A DNA stretch of 64,000 nucleotides from an uncultured Acidimicrobiia bacterium (GTDB lineage: Bacteria > Actinomycetota > Acidimicrobiia > Spongiisociales > ZC4RG35). Position 1 is the stretch's first letter, and each line of letters opens with the position of its first letter. Below the pieces are notes generated by a model. The model had not been told where the DNA came from. It saw nothing but the letters and a program-made list of their open reading frames with translations, and did not search any database. Of the stretch, positions 9,823-17,607 are shown piece by piece. The stretch spans positions 16,773 through 80,772 of the forward strand of contig CAXMOW010000003.1 of the NCBI GenBank assembly GCA_964195235.1. Direction: 5' to 3'. The translations under genes and the position numbers were made by a program.

Positions 9823-10966
9823 ACGCTTACTCCTCGCACTGGTAGCCAGTGGACTTCTGGTGGCCAGTGCTTTGCCTGCCGCCGGCGCCGAGACTGCGAA
9901 TTCGGAGTTTGTCATCATTCAACCGGACGACGTCCTCGACGACGATCTGTACGCAGGAGCCATCAAGGTCACCATCGAAGGGGTGATCGACGGTGATCTG
10001 ATCGCCTTTGCTGGTGAGGAGGTGATCATCGAAGGAACCGTCACAGGGTCAGTCTTTGCCCTCGCTCCTCGGGTGACGATCAATGGTGAGGTTGGGGGCT
10101 CGCTTCGGGTAAGCGGCAACGATGTTCGGATCAATGGGACCGTCGGACGTGACGTCGTAGTAGCCGCTTTAGACGTTCAGTTGGACGCGGACTCTTCGGT
10201 GGGAAACGACCTGCTGGTATGGGCTTGGGAACTGGCGGCCCTCGGCCATATCGGAGGTGACCTGACCGGGAGCCAACACAACCTGGAGTTGGCCGGAGAG
10301 ATCGAAGGTGATGTCGACGTTTCGGTTGGTCAACTAACAGTGGTCGACACGCTCTCGGTTGCTGGCGACTTCGGCTACCGATCTGACCAAGAGGCGGACG
10401 GTCTGGACAACGCAACGGTGGATGGAGCCGTAGTCCATAAGACACCTCTACCTCCGAACATCCGGGTCCGCGCACTCAACTTCTTTGGCAGGTTTCTGGT
10501 CATCGTGTTTCTGACGATTACCGCCTTGGCGATTGCCTGGGGTTGGCCGGATCGAACCGAACGAGCAATCCGAACGGTGAAAGACTCACCTGTCAGATCA
10601 TGGGGCAGCGGAGCCCTTGTCATGGCGTCGCCCTTCTTGCTCGCACTGATCGCGGCGGTGGTTGTGGGTCTCGCTCCTGCAACAGCCAGCTTCCCACTTT
10701 TGCTCATCCTCGGCCCTCTGATTCTCGCAGCTGCCGGAGCAGTGTTAGCCCTGTGTGTTATTGCCGGAATCCCCGCGGTCGGGCGACTGGGCAGTGCAAT
10801 GTTCAAGAAATTGGATGTCTACGGGGCGATCCTGGCGGGAGCGGTAGTGAGCGGGTTCGTTTGGCTTCTACCCATCGTTGGTTGGCTGGTGCCGTTGGTG
10901 GTCTTACCTATCGGGCTGGGAGGCTGGCTGTTCAGTTGGAAGATCTCTCCAGAACTTCAGGACTGA
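9806..10966 (+). CDS. Secreted beta-helix-repeat (bactofilin-like) protein with a C-terminal multi-TM domain
   Basis: Signal-peptide-like N-terminus (MPSRSRRLLLALVASGLLVASALPAAGAE). This is followed by G/V/D-rich repeats of about 17-20 aa (IEGVIDGDL..IEGTVTGSV..INGEVGGSL..INGTVGRDV) and then 4-5 hydrophobic helices. The ATG at 9806 overlaps nuoN by 17 nt. The function call is weak. Confidence 0.6.
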   Translation: MPSRSRRLLLALVASGLLVASALPAAGAETANSEFVIIQPDDVLDDDLYAGAIKVTIEGVIDGDLIAFAGEEVIIEGTVTGSVFALAPRVTINGEVGGSLRVSGNDVRINGTVGRDVVVAALDVQLDADSSVGNDLLVWAWELAALGHIGGDLTGSQHNLELAGEIEGDVDVSVGQLTVVDTLSVAGDFGYRSDQEADGLDNATVDGAVVHKTPLPPNIRVRALNFFGRFLVIVFLTITALAIAWGWPDRTERAIRTVKDSPVRSWGSGALVMASPFLLALIAAVVVGLAPATASFPLLLILGPLILAAAGAVLALCVIAGIPAVGRLGSAMFKKLDVYGAILAGAVVSGFVWLLPIVGWLVPLVVLPIGLGGWLFSWKISPELQD

Positions 10967-11015
10967 CTCACATAGGCGTCCTGACCTTCGAGCATGATGC
11001 AGATGTCGGCCAAAT

Positions 11016-11426
11016 TCAGACGGCCTCGACCGCCTCGACTGCCTCGACTGCCTTTTGCACGTTGTGGATCATCACGTCTTTCTTGACCAATCCGGAGTGA
11101 CGCCACCGTAGGTGGAGGCCGTTTTCCTTGGGAGCCAGCAAGACAAAGGTCGGTGTGGACTTGACTTTGAATTTTCCAAATAGGTCGGGGACGTTTTCGA
11201 GATTTGCTTTGACCACGATCGCATCGTCTAAGAATTCTTCAGACACCTCGTTAACGATGCCATCCATCGTCTGACAGGGACCGCAGTTGTACTTCATGAA
11301 GTCGACCAGAACCGGTTTGCCCTCTCTGAGCACCTGCTCGAATTCAGCGGCCGAGCTGATCTGCGCTGCTTTGTGACGGCGTTTGAAGATTCCCATACCC
11401 ATATTCTCGCTTTTCGACTTCATCAC
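11016..11426 (-). CDS. Thioredoxin-family protein
   Basis: VLVDFMKYNCGPCQ, with the CGPC active site. The real start may be one of the internal Met codons (MGMGIF). The C-terminus ends in an (AVE)3 repeat. Confidence 0.8.
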   Translation of the reverse strand: MMKSKSENMGMGIFKRRHKAAQISSAAEFEQVLREGKPVLVDFMKYNCGPCQTMDGIVNEVSEEFLDDAIVVKANLENVPDLFGKFKVKSTPTFVLLAPKENGLHLRWRHSGLVKKDVMIHNVQKAVEAVEAVEAV

Positions 11427-11437
11427 ATGAAGTCGAA

Positions 11438-11452
11438 TCTGATTCCATCAGA
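11438..11452. promoter_or_regulatory. 15-nt inverted repeat tctgat-tcc-atcaga (site 1 of 2) in the trx/moaA divergent spacer
   Basis: Perfect 6-bp arms with a 3-nt spacer. A near-identical site lies 73 nt away. Confidence 0.4.
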
Positions 11453-11510
11453 CGACAACCTCGAATCGATTGTCGGTCTTCCGGCTCAATTCAATTTCAT
11501 GAATTTCCTA

Positions 11511-11525
11511 CCTGATTCCATCAGG
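11511..11525. promoter_or_regulatory. 15-nt inverted repeat cctgat-tcc-atcagg (site 2 of 2)
   Basis: It shares the 13-nt core ctgattccatcag with site 1. The outermost pair changes t-a to c-g, which keeps the symmetry. Confidence 0.4.
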
Positions 11526-11543
11526 CCTTATCGTGATGCGTAT

Positions 11544-12548
11544 ATGAGCGGGGTAACCGACATCTTCGAACGTTCGGTACGTGATCTTCGGATCTCGGTC
11601 ACTGACCGATGCAACTTCCGCTGCACCTACTGCATGCCAAAGGAGGTCTTTGGGCCCGATCACGAATTCTTGCCCCGCGATCAGCTGCTCACGTTTGAGG
11701 AGATTGTGTCGATCGTCGGGGCGTTCGTGGCGCGTGGTGTCAACAAGGTGCGAATCACCGGAGGTGAGCCGCTTCTGCGCAAAGGCATCGTCGACCTGAT
11801 TGGAATGATCGCGCTGGTCGATGGGGTGGAAGATCTGACCCTCACCACCAACGCCTCTCTACTGGCGCGGAAGGCGGAAGCATTGGTCGACGCCGGTTTG
11901 GATCGGGTGACGGTGAGTCTTGATGCAATGGATGACCCGACATTCCAAAAGATGAACGATGTCGGTTTTCCGGTTGGGACCGTCCTCGAAGCCATCGAGG
12001 TCGCGTCAGCTGCAGGGCTCGGGCCCATCAAGGTCAATTGTGTTGTTCAGCGCGGCCTGAACGACCATGCCGTGGTTGAGATGGCCTCCCACTTCAAGGG
12101 CACAGGCCATATCGTTCGTTTCATTGAATACATGGACGTCGGCAATACCAACGGCTGGCGTCTCGACGATGTGATCCCAGCGGCAGAGATGATCGAGGCC
12201 ATCAACCAAGTTCATCCCCTCGAGCCGGTGCCACCCAACTATCCGGGTGAGGTGGCCAACCGGTTCCGTTATCGGGATGGCGAGGGGGAGGTGGGCGTCA
12301 TCGCGTCGGTGACAAAACCCTTCTGTGGTTCTTGCACACGGGCCAGGGTTTCGGCGGAGGGCGCCATGTACACCTGTCTTTTTGCCTCATCCGGGACGAG
12401 TCTCCGCGACGCAATACGTTCCGGCGTTGATGTGGGTGAGGTGATCTCGGAAGTCTGGGGCAAACGCGACGACCGCTACTCCGAGATCCGCTCCGGCGCC
12501 ACCCCCCGTATCTCGGTCCCGGTCGAGATGTCATACATCGGCGGCTAA
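11544..12548 (+). CDS. moaA: GTP 3',8-cyclase (molybdenum cofactor biosynthesis protein A)
   Basis: Radical-SAM motif RISVTDRCNFRCTYCMP and a C-terminal CGSCTRARVSAEG cluster motif. The start was chosen at the Met 14 aa before RISV. The ORF is open from 11373, so the start is uncertain. Confidence 0.9.
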   Translation: MSGVTDIFERSVRDLRISVTDRCNFRCTYCMPKEVFGPDHEFLPRDQLLTFEEIVSIVGAFVARGVNKVRITGGEPLLRKGIVDLIGMIALVDGVEDLTLTTNASLLARKAEALVDAGLDRVTVSLDAMDDPTFQKMNDVGFPVGTVLEAIEVASAAGLGPIKVNCVVQRGLNDHAVVEMASHFKGTGHIVRFIEYMDVGNTNGWRLDDVIPAAEMIEAINQVHPLEPVPPNYPGEVANRFRYRDGEGEVGVIASVTKPFCGSCTRARVSAEGAMYTCLFASSGTSLRDAIRSGVDVGEVISEVWGKRDDRYSEIRSGATPRISVPVEMSYIGG

Positions 12549-12556
12549 CCGCGCAG

Positions 12557-12600
12557 ACCTCAGGTAGTACAGACCGTGTCCGGTCCGAATCCGCTCATCT
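12557..12600 (+). repeat. 44-nt conserved motif with central hairpin, copy B (3' of moaA)
   Basis: Sequence is acctcaggtagtac-agaccgtgtccggtcc-gaatccgctcatct. See copy A at 6767-6810. Confidence 0.85.
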
Positions 12601-13282
12601 ATGAAGATGCATCCGGTGAGTCGCCACCACGGCCGCCGGCGGCAACCCGATAGCCGGCCCAGATGAAGGTGACCGCCAGCAATAGCGAGAACGCAAAGAC
12701 ACCGGCCTCACCGAGGGCCAAACGTGTTCCTCCCCATGCAGCCGCGAAGGTCCCCGCCACGATCAAGAGGCTGCCCCAGACGATCCGGCGGTTCGTCTTC
12801 CAAAAGCGGAACACGCTCACCAGTGCGAGGACAATCAGGATGGTGGCACCGATCCCCCCGCCAATGGCCGCAAATAGTCGTGGACCGAACCCTGCCGCGA
12901 ACACCTCGTGGGGGATGCCACTTTCTGGGAGCTCCTCCTGGAAGGAGACGGTCAAGACCAGGGTTGTTGAAATCGCGGCAAATGCACCAATGGCGATCAT
13001 CATGACGTGACCGGCTCGGCGACCCACCACTAGAAACATCGAACCGAGTGCGAGGAACAAGATGTTGAGCACAGCTCCAAAAAGGAAAAAGGTTCGATAC
13101 AACGGTCCGGTCCAGCCGAAGGTAACTCCGATGAACAGAGCCCATGTAGCCAATGCGAACATCGTCATTCCGGTCGCGTAGGCGGCTATGTGGGGTCGCG
13201 GATGTCGGCCGTAATCCCTCCAGAGATCAGCGGCGAAGAGTGTCGCAGCCATTGCCGCGATGAGAGCGAGAGCAGAATCCAT
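12599..13282 (-). CDS. Hypothetical polytopic membrane protein
   Basis: 227-aa ORF with about 7 hydrophobic segments. It is the last gene of the ABC operon on the - strand. No family recognised. Confidence 0.6.
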   Translation of the reverse strand: MDSALALIAAMAATLFAADLWRDYGRHPRPHIAAYATGMTMFALATWALFIGVTFGWTGPLYRTFFLFGAVLNILFLALGSMFLVVGRRAGHVMMIAIGAFAAISTTLVLTVSFQEELPESGIPHEVFAAGFGPRLFAAIGGGIGATILIVLALVSVFRFWKTNRRIVWGSLLIVAGTFAAAWGGTRLALGEAGVFAFSLLLAVTFIWAGYRVAAGGRGGDSPDASS

Positions 13283-13287
13283 TGCTA

Positions 13288-14313
13288 TTAGACCTGGCCC
13301 GGGAACACTTGAGCATGGATGGCTCGTACTCTCACATGTTCCCCCGGCTCATAGGTCGGACGGGGCCCGATTCGTGACCGAACTCGCCTCCCGCTGGCGA
13401 GCGCAACAGTCACTAGCTGATCGTGTCCAAAGAACTCAGAGCTTGCAACCATGGCGTTTGGCGCTTCTCCCATCGATATCTGCACGTCTTCGGGGCGAAC
13501 AACGATGATCACTCGACCCTTGAGGTCGGTCTTGAAGCGCCCGATCTCAGATTCTGCATAACCCCGGTGTCCGGTAGACGGGAGAACATCGGCGTCCCCC
13601 AAGAAGTCGGCGATCCAGGGATCGGCCGGATTTGTGTAGAGCTTGGCTGGGGCGTCGACCTGGACCACTCGGCCTTGGTACATCACCGCCACCAGGTCTG
13701 ACGTGGCCAAAGCTTCCTCCTGGTCGTGGGTCACCAGGACAGCCGTCGTCTTTGTTTCGGTGAGGATCGTTCTCAGCTCGCGACGAACCCGATCTCTGAG
13801 ACTGGCGTCGAGATTGGAGAAAGGCTCATCCAAGAGAATCACGTCCGGATTGGGCGCAAGGGCCCGAGCGAGGGCAACCCGCTGCTGCTGTCCGCCAGAC
13901 AGTTCGTTCGGCATCCTGTTTCCGAGGCGACTCAGGCCAACCAGATCGAGTACTTCCTCGACCCGATTCCCGGTTGTCTTCTTGTTGATGCCATACGCGA
14001 TGTTGGCTTTGACCGTCATGTGCGGGAACAGGGCGTAGTCCTGAAAAACCATCCCCACCTTCCGCTTCTCCGGCGGGACGAACACGTTTGGCCCCAGCAC
14101 TTGCCGACCCCGGATATCAACAGTGCCGGCGGCTTCCTCGAAGCCGGCGATAACTCGCAGGGCGGTTGTCTTGCCACAACCTGAGGGTCCCAGCAATGTG
14201 AGAAGGCTGCCCTCCCAGACGTCAAGGCTGAATTGGTCAAGCGCTACAGCGTCGTCATAGGACTTGGTCAGGCTACGGGCACGAATAGTTAGTTGGTCAG
14301 TCGCTGAGTTCAC
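13288..14313 (-). CDS. ABC transporter ATP-binding protein (Fe3+/polyamine-type, FbpC/PotA-like)
   Basis: Walker A (GPSGCGKTT), signature (LSGGQQQRVALARAL), Walker B (ILLDEPFSNLD), and a C-terminal TOBE-like extension. Confidence 0.9.
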   Translation of the reverse strand: MNSATDQLTIRARSLTKSYDDAVALDQFSLDVWEGSLLTLLGPSGCGKTTALRVIAGFEEAAGTVDIRGRQVLGPNVFVPPEKRKVGMVFQDYALFPHMTVKANIAYGINKKTTGNRVEEVLDLVGLSRLGNRMPNELSGGQQQRVALARALAPNPDVILLDEPFSNLDASLRDRVRRELRTILTETKTTAVLVTHDQEEALATSDLVAVMYQGRVVQVDAPAKLYTNPADPWIADFLGDADVLPSTGHRGYAESEIGRFKTDLKGRVIIVVRPEDVQISMGEAPNAMVASSEFFGHDQLVTVALASGRRVRSRIGPRPTYEPGEHVRVRAIHAQVFPGQV

Positions 14314-15889
14314 GGTACGTCAGCGCCAAGAGTGGCACGATTGAGACCGCAAGGAGAGCCAGGCTTGCCGCACTCGCCCTTGTATAGAAGCCCTCGCCCG
14401 TTGAGCTCCAGATGCGGATCGCCAGCGTTTCGAACCCATTTGGCCTGAGGAGCAGGGTTGCTGGTAGCTCCTTCATCACCGAGAGGAACACCAACGCCGA
14501 CCCGGCGAGGAGACCCGGTCCTGCCAAAGGCACTGTGACACGGCGCAGCGTTGCCAACGGGCCACGTCCCAAGCCACGCGAAGCGTCTTCGAGATCCGAG
14601 CTTGCACGTCTCAACGAGTCTTGTGTGGTTGAGACCGATTGAGCCATGAACATCGCAACGTAGGTCAGGATCAGGAGTCCAAGGGTCTGGTAGAGAGGCC
14701 GAATCCACTGGAGAGCAAAAGCCACTACGGCCACGCCGACTGTGATGTGAGGCAAGGCATATATCGCCCAGGTTGCGGTCTCGGCAGTGTTGGAAAATTT
14801 GCCGCGTTTCCATGTTGTCACCATGGCGATTGGCAAAGCAGCTGCTGCAGCCAAAAGGGCAGCGATGGTCGAGACTGACAATGACCGTCCGATCTCGTCC
14901 CAGAACATCCCGAGATCTTGTCCCGCGTCAAGCCCCCTGATCAGCCAGAACACCAGAACCGAAATCGGCACGATGAGTGCGACAAAGGCAAACGATCCGA
15001 GGAATCCTAGAGCGAGAGCCTTGCCCCAGCCGGTGAGTTCTATGCGTCTTCGGCGACGACTGGTGGACTTGAGGTGATACCCGGCTCTACTCCTTGTCCG
15101 TCGTTCCAAGAAGAGGATGACCAGCGCCAGAACCATCAGCACGACCGAAAGGACAGCGGCGGGGCGACGGTCGATCTGACCGGCGTAAAGCGTGAAGATT
15201 GCTCGAGTGAACGTGTCGAAGCGAAGCAGTGAGACGGCACCAAAATCACTGATTGTGTAGAGGCCCACCATCAGGCCGGCGGAAACCAACGCTGGGCGTA
15301 GCTGGAGCAGGGTGATGGTGAAGAAGACCCTGGTTTTGCTGGCACCAAGCCCGGTGGCTGCCTCCTCTGTGGCCGGATCGATCATTCGCAGAGCCGGAGT
15401 GATGATCAGATGAGCCATGGGGGCCAGGAACACCGAGAGGGCGAGCCAAGCACCAAGAAAACCGTAAGGAGTCGGGATTTCAACTCCGGGCCAGATACTC
15501 AACAATCCCGATGGGCCGGTGGCACCGATAATGGTGAGCGCGGCCATGTATGAAGGGATCACCAGTGGAAGCGCGGCAAGAAGCATCCAGATTTTTCGCC
15601 CGGGGAGGTTGGTTCGATTGGTCAGCCACGCGGTGCCAGTGCCAATCCCAAGCGCAGTGACTGTCACTGCAACCGTCAGCGCAAGTGTCCCCAGGAACAA
15701 TTCGACCAACCGTCCGAAGGGTATGGGCGCCCCGATGCCTTCGGTGACCACCTGCCATGCCAGGCTGACGGGGGGGATCAATGCTGGCAGGAGGACGATT
15801 GCTGTAGCCGTCCACCATCCTCGACTCGAACGCCGACCCTGTTGTGGAGGCTCGGTCGCCGTCGAGACGGTGATCGGGCCGGCGGTCAT
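14297..15889 (-). CDS. ABC transporter permease, duplicated two-domain type (FbpB-like)
   Basis: 530 aa with about 12 TM segments and two BPD-transporter-like halves. It overlaps the ATPase gene. Confidence 0.85.
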   Translation of the reverse strand: MTAGPITVSTATEPPQQGRRSSRGWWTATAIVLLPALIPPVSLAWQVVTEGIGAPIPFGRLVELFLGTLALTVAVTVTALGIGTGTAWLTNRTNLPGRKIWMLLAALPLVIPSYMAALTIIGATGPSGLLSIWPGVEIPTPYGFLGAWLALSVFLAPMAHLIITPALRMIDPATEEAATGLGASKTRVFFTITLLQLRPALVSAGLMVGLYTISDFGAVSLLRFDTFTRAIFTLYAGQIDRRPAAVLSVVLMVLALVILFLERRTRSRAGYHLKSTSRRRRRIELTGWGKALALGFLGSFAFVALIVPISVLVFWLIRGLDAGQDLGMFWDEIGRSLSVSTIAALLAAAAALPIAMVTTWKRGKFSNTAETATWAIYALPHITVGVAVVAFALQWIRPLYQTLGLLILTYVAMFMAQSVSTTQDSLRRASSDLEDASRGLGRGPLATLRRVTVPLAGPGLLAGSALVFLSVMKELPATLLLRPNGFETLAIRIWSSTGEGFYTRASAASLALLAVSIVPLLALTYRELSD

Positions 15890-15902
15890 CGGCGAGTAAC
15901 CA

Positions 15903-16904
15903 CTAGACCAAACCCGCTTCAGCTACGAGACGAGTTGCGTCCTCCAGGACATCGGCGAGCTCGGATAAGTCGATGTCGGGGGTGGCGATGCTGTCGAGAG
16001 AAGGAAGTCCTTGTGAGGGCTCGACGTCCTCAATCAAAGGAAATTCGAACGTCTGATTCGCAAAAAACACTTGCGCCGTCTCCGAAAGAAGGAACTCGAC
16101 AAACTGAAGAGCTGACTCAGGAGCGTCGCTTTTGGACAAGATGCCTGCACCCGCCGGCATCACCAGCGAACCAACATCTCCGGCGGGTATGAACCAGTTC
16201 TCGGCGTTGTTCCCTTCGCCTTCAGCTCCCAGTCTCAGCAGGTAGTAGTGGTTGACGAGGCCGCCTTCGATTTCACCAGCGTCGGCGGCGGCGACAATTG
16301 GGCTGTTCGTCGGATATTCCTGTGGATCGTTTGCTGCCAAGGCCTTCAGCCATTCGAGAGTGGCGTCTTCGCCACGCTCTAGGATCATCGCCGATACAAA
16401 GGCAAGGAACGAGCCGTTTACCGGTGCTACCCCGACCTGACCGGCCCATCTCGGGTCGGTGACGTCGTCGATGGATTGGGGGAGCTCGATTTCGGTACCC
16501 GTGTTGTAAACGAACGTCCGAACTCGGCCAGAGGTACCGACCCATCTTCCGTCTCGGTCGGCGAATTTGGATTCGACGCTGGCAAGTACCTCTTGAGGGA
16601 GACTTTTCATCATCCCGGCCACCGAACCAAGTGACGCGGGGTCTTGAGCGAAGAAGACATCTGCGTTGGTGCTATCCCCCTCTTGAAGAAGAGTAGCCGC
16701 GAGCTCGGTTGAGCCGGAGTAGCGAACTTCGACCTCAATCCCGGTTTCCTCGGAGAACATGTCGATCAGCGGCTGCACCAACTCTTCACTCCGTCCGGAG
16801 TAGATGATGAGGACGCCTTCCTCGCCGGCGTCTCCGGCTTCGGAGCCGCAGGCGGTGACCATCAGCATGGTGATCGCCAATATTGATAGCGCCCGTTTCA
16901 TCAA
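15903..16904 (-). CDS. Fe(III)-type ABC transporter substrate-binding lipoprotein (FbpA/AfuA-like)
   Basis: Lipobox (LMVTAC) and family-1 SBP features (IYSGRSEELVQPLIDMFSEETGIEVEVRY). It is the first gene of the operon. Confidence 0.85.
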   Translation of the reverse strand: MMKRALSILAITMLMVTACGSEAGDAGEEGVLIIYSGRSEELVQPLIDMFSEETGIEVEVRYSGSTELAATLLQEGDSTNADVFFAQDPASLGSVAGMMKSLPQEVLASVESKFADRDGRWVGTSGRVRTFVYNTGTEIELPQSIDDVTDPRWAGQVGVAPVNGSFLAFVSAMILERGEDATLEWLKALAANDPQEYPTNSPIVAAADAGEIEGGLVNHYYLLRLGAEGEGNNAENWFIPAGDVGSLVMPAGAGILSKSDAPESALQFVEFLLSETAQVFFANQTFEFPLIEDVEPSQGLPSLDSIATPDIDLSELADVLEDATRLVAEAGLV

Positions 16905-16919
16905 CGATCCTCCGAGATC

Positions 16920-16933
16920 GTTAGGTACCTAAC
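16920..16933. promoter_or_regulatory. Perfect 14-bp palindrome GTTAGGTACCTAAC upstream of the Fe-type ABC operon
   Basis: It lies 16-29 nt upstream of the SBP start codon, just 5' of the RBS (revcomp ggagga). The half-sites TTAGG/CCTAA recall DtxR/IdeR-type boxes, but the spacing differs. Confidence 0.4.
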
Positions 16934-16990
16934 AATCTTGAAAGGTATTGGCACTGAGGAGATAGTGCAAGCTGATTGTCAAGCCTTTTC

Positions 16991-17521
16991 ATGACCGAAG
17001 ACCCCTACTGTCGCCCCCACATGCGTCCGGTGACCGTCCAATTCCTCAAGAACCCTGACATCATCCATTGGGGTTTCGACGCCTGGTACCTCGGTGAGGA
17101 CGAATGGGGTGATTGGATGGCTGTACCTGCCGGAACGGTGCGTTGGAAGGGGGAGGAGACCTTTCACCCCACTCGCCGTGATGCGGTGTTTTGCGCTCCC
17201 CGTGATCAGTGGTGGCATCTTCATTATGAAGGTCCCGGTGCACGTGAGTATCAGTCGTTCATCGACATAATTTCGCCTGTCCGATGGGTCTCGGACGATC
17301 GCTACGAGATGATCGACCTCGACCTCGATGTGGCCATGCATCAGGACGGAATCATCGAGGTGCAAGACGAAGACGAGTTTGAGATTCACCAAGTCAAATA
17401 CGGATATACCGACGAGATGATCGCCGGCGCCATCGCCGAAACCGCTCGGATCGTTCGGTTGCTGGAATCGGGTGACGAGTCCTTTTTCGAAGTGGCCTCA
17501 ACGTGGCTGTCAAGACTTTGA
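16991..17521 (+). CDS. DUF402-family protein (putative nucleoside di/triphosphatase-like)
   Basis: General resemblance to DUF402 proteins (WWHLHYEG..YQSFIDIISP..YEMIDLDLDV). The start is uncertain (TTG 16976, ATG 16991 or ATG 17021). Confidence 0.6.
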   Translation: MTEDPYCRPHMRPVTVQFLKNPDIIHWGFDAWYLGEDEWGDWMAVPAGTVRWKGEETFHPTRRDAVFCAPRDQWWHLHYEGPGAREYQSFIDIISPVRWVSDDRYEMIDLDLDVAMHQDGIIEVQDEDEFEIHQVKYGYTDEMIAGAIAETARIVRLLESGDESFFEVASTWLSRL

Positions 17522-17528
17522 TTGGCAC

Positions 17529-17565
17529 CTGGTCGCGTTGAGCGCGACCGTACGCAAACCGAACG
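17529..17565 (+). repeat. 37-bp direct repeat, left copy (contains hairpin ggtcgcg-ttgag-cgcgacc)
   Basis: 36/37 identical to 18524-18560 in the same orientation. Confidence 0.9.
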
Positions 17566-17607
17566 GAACACTTGAAATGAGCGCTGCCTCCTAGCAAATT
17601 GTGAGAG

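Noticed and set aside
11023-11052. 9-bp tandem repeat (gcctcgacc/t, about 3.3 copies).
   Set aside because: It is real but trivial. It encodes the C-terminal (AVE)3 tail of the thioredoxin-like protein on the - strand. It may vary in copy number, but there is no sign of a separate element.
11427-11543. Molybdenum-cofactor riboswitch upstream of moaA.
   Set aside because: I could not find the conserved Moco-motif core or its multi-stem architecture in the 117-nt leader. Only the two short dyads are present. This needs an Infernal scan to exclude formally.
16920-16933. Calling the palindrome a bona fide IdeR/DtxR iron box.
   Set aside because: It is 14 bp with an even centre, whereas the consensus is 19 bp with an odd centre. 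It shares only the TTAGG/CCTAA half-sites, so it is kept as a generic candidate operator.
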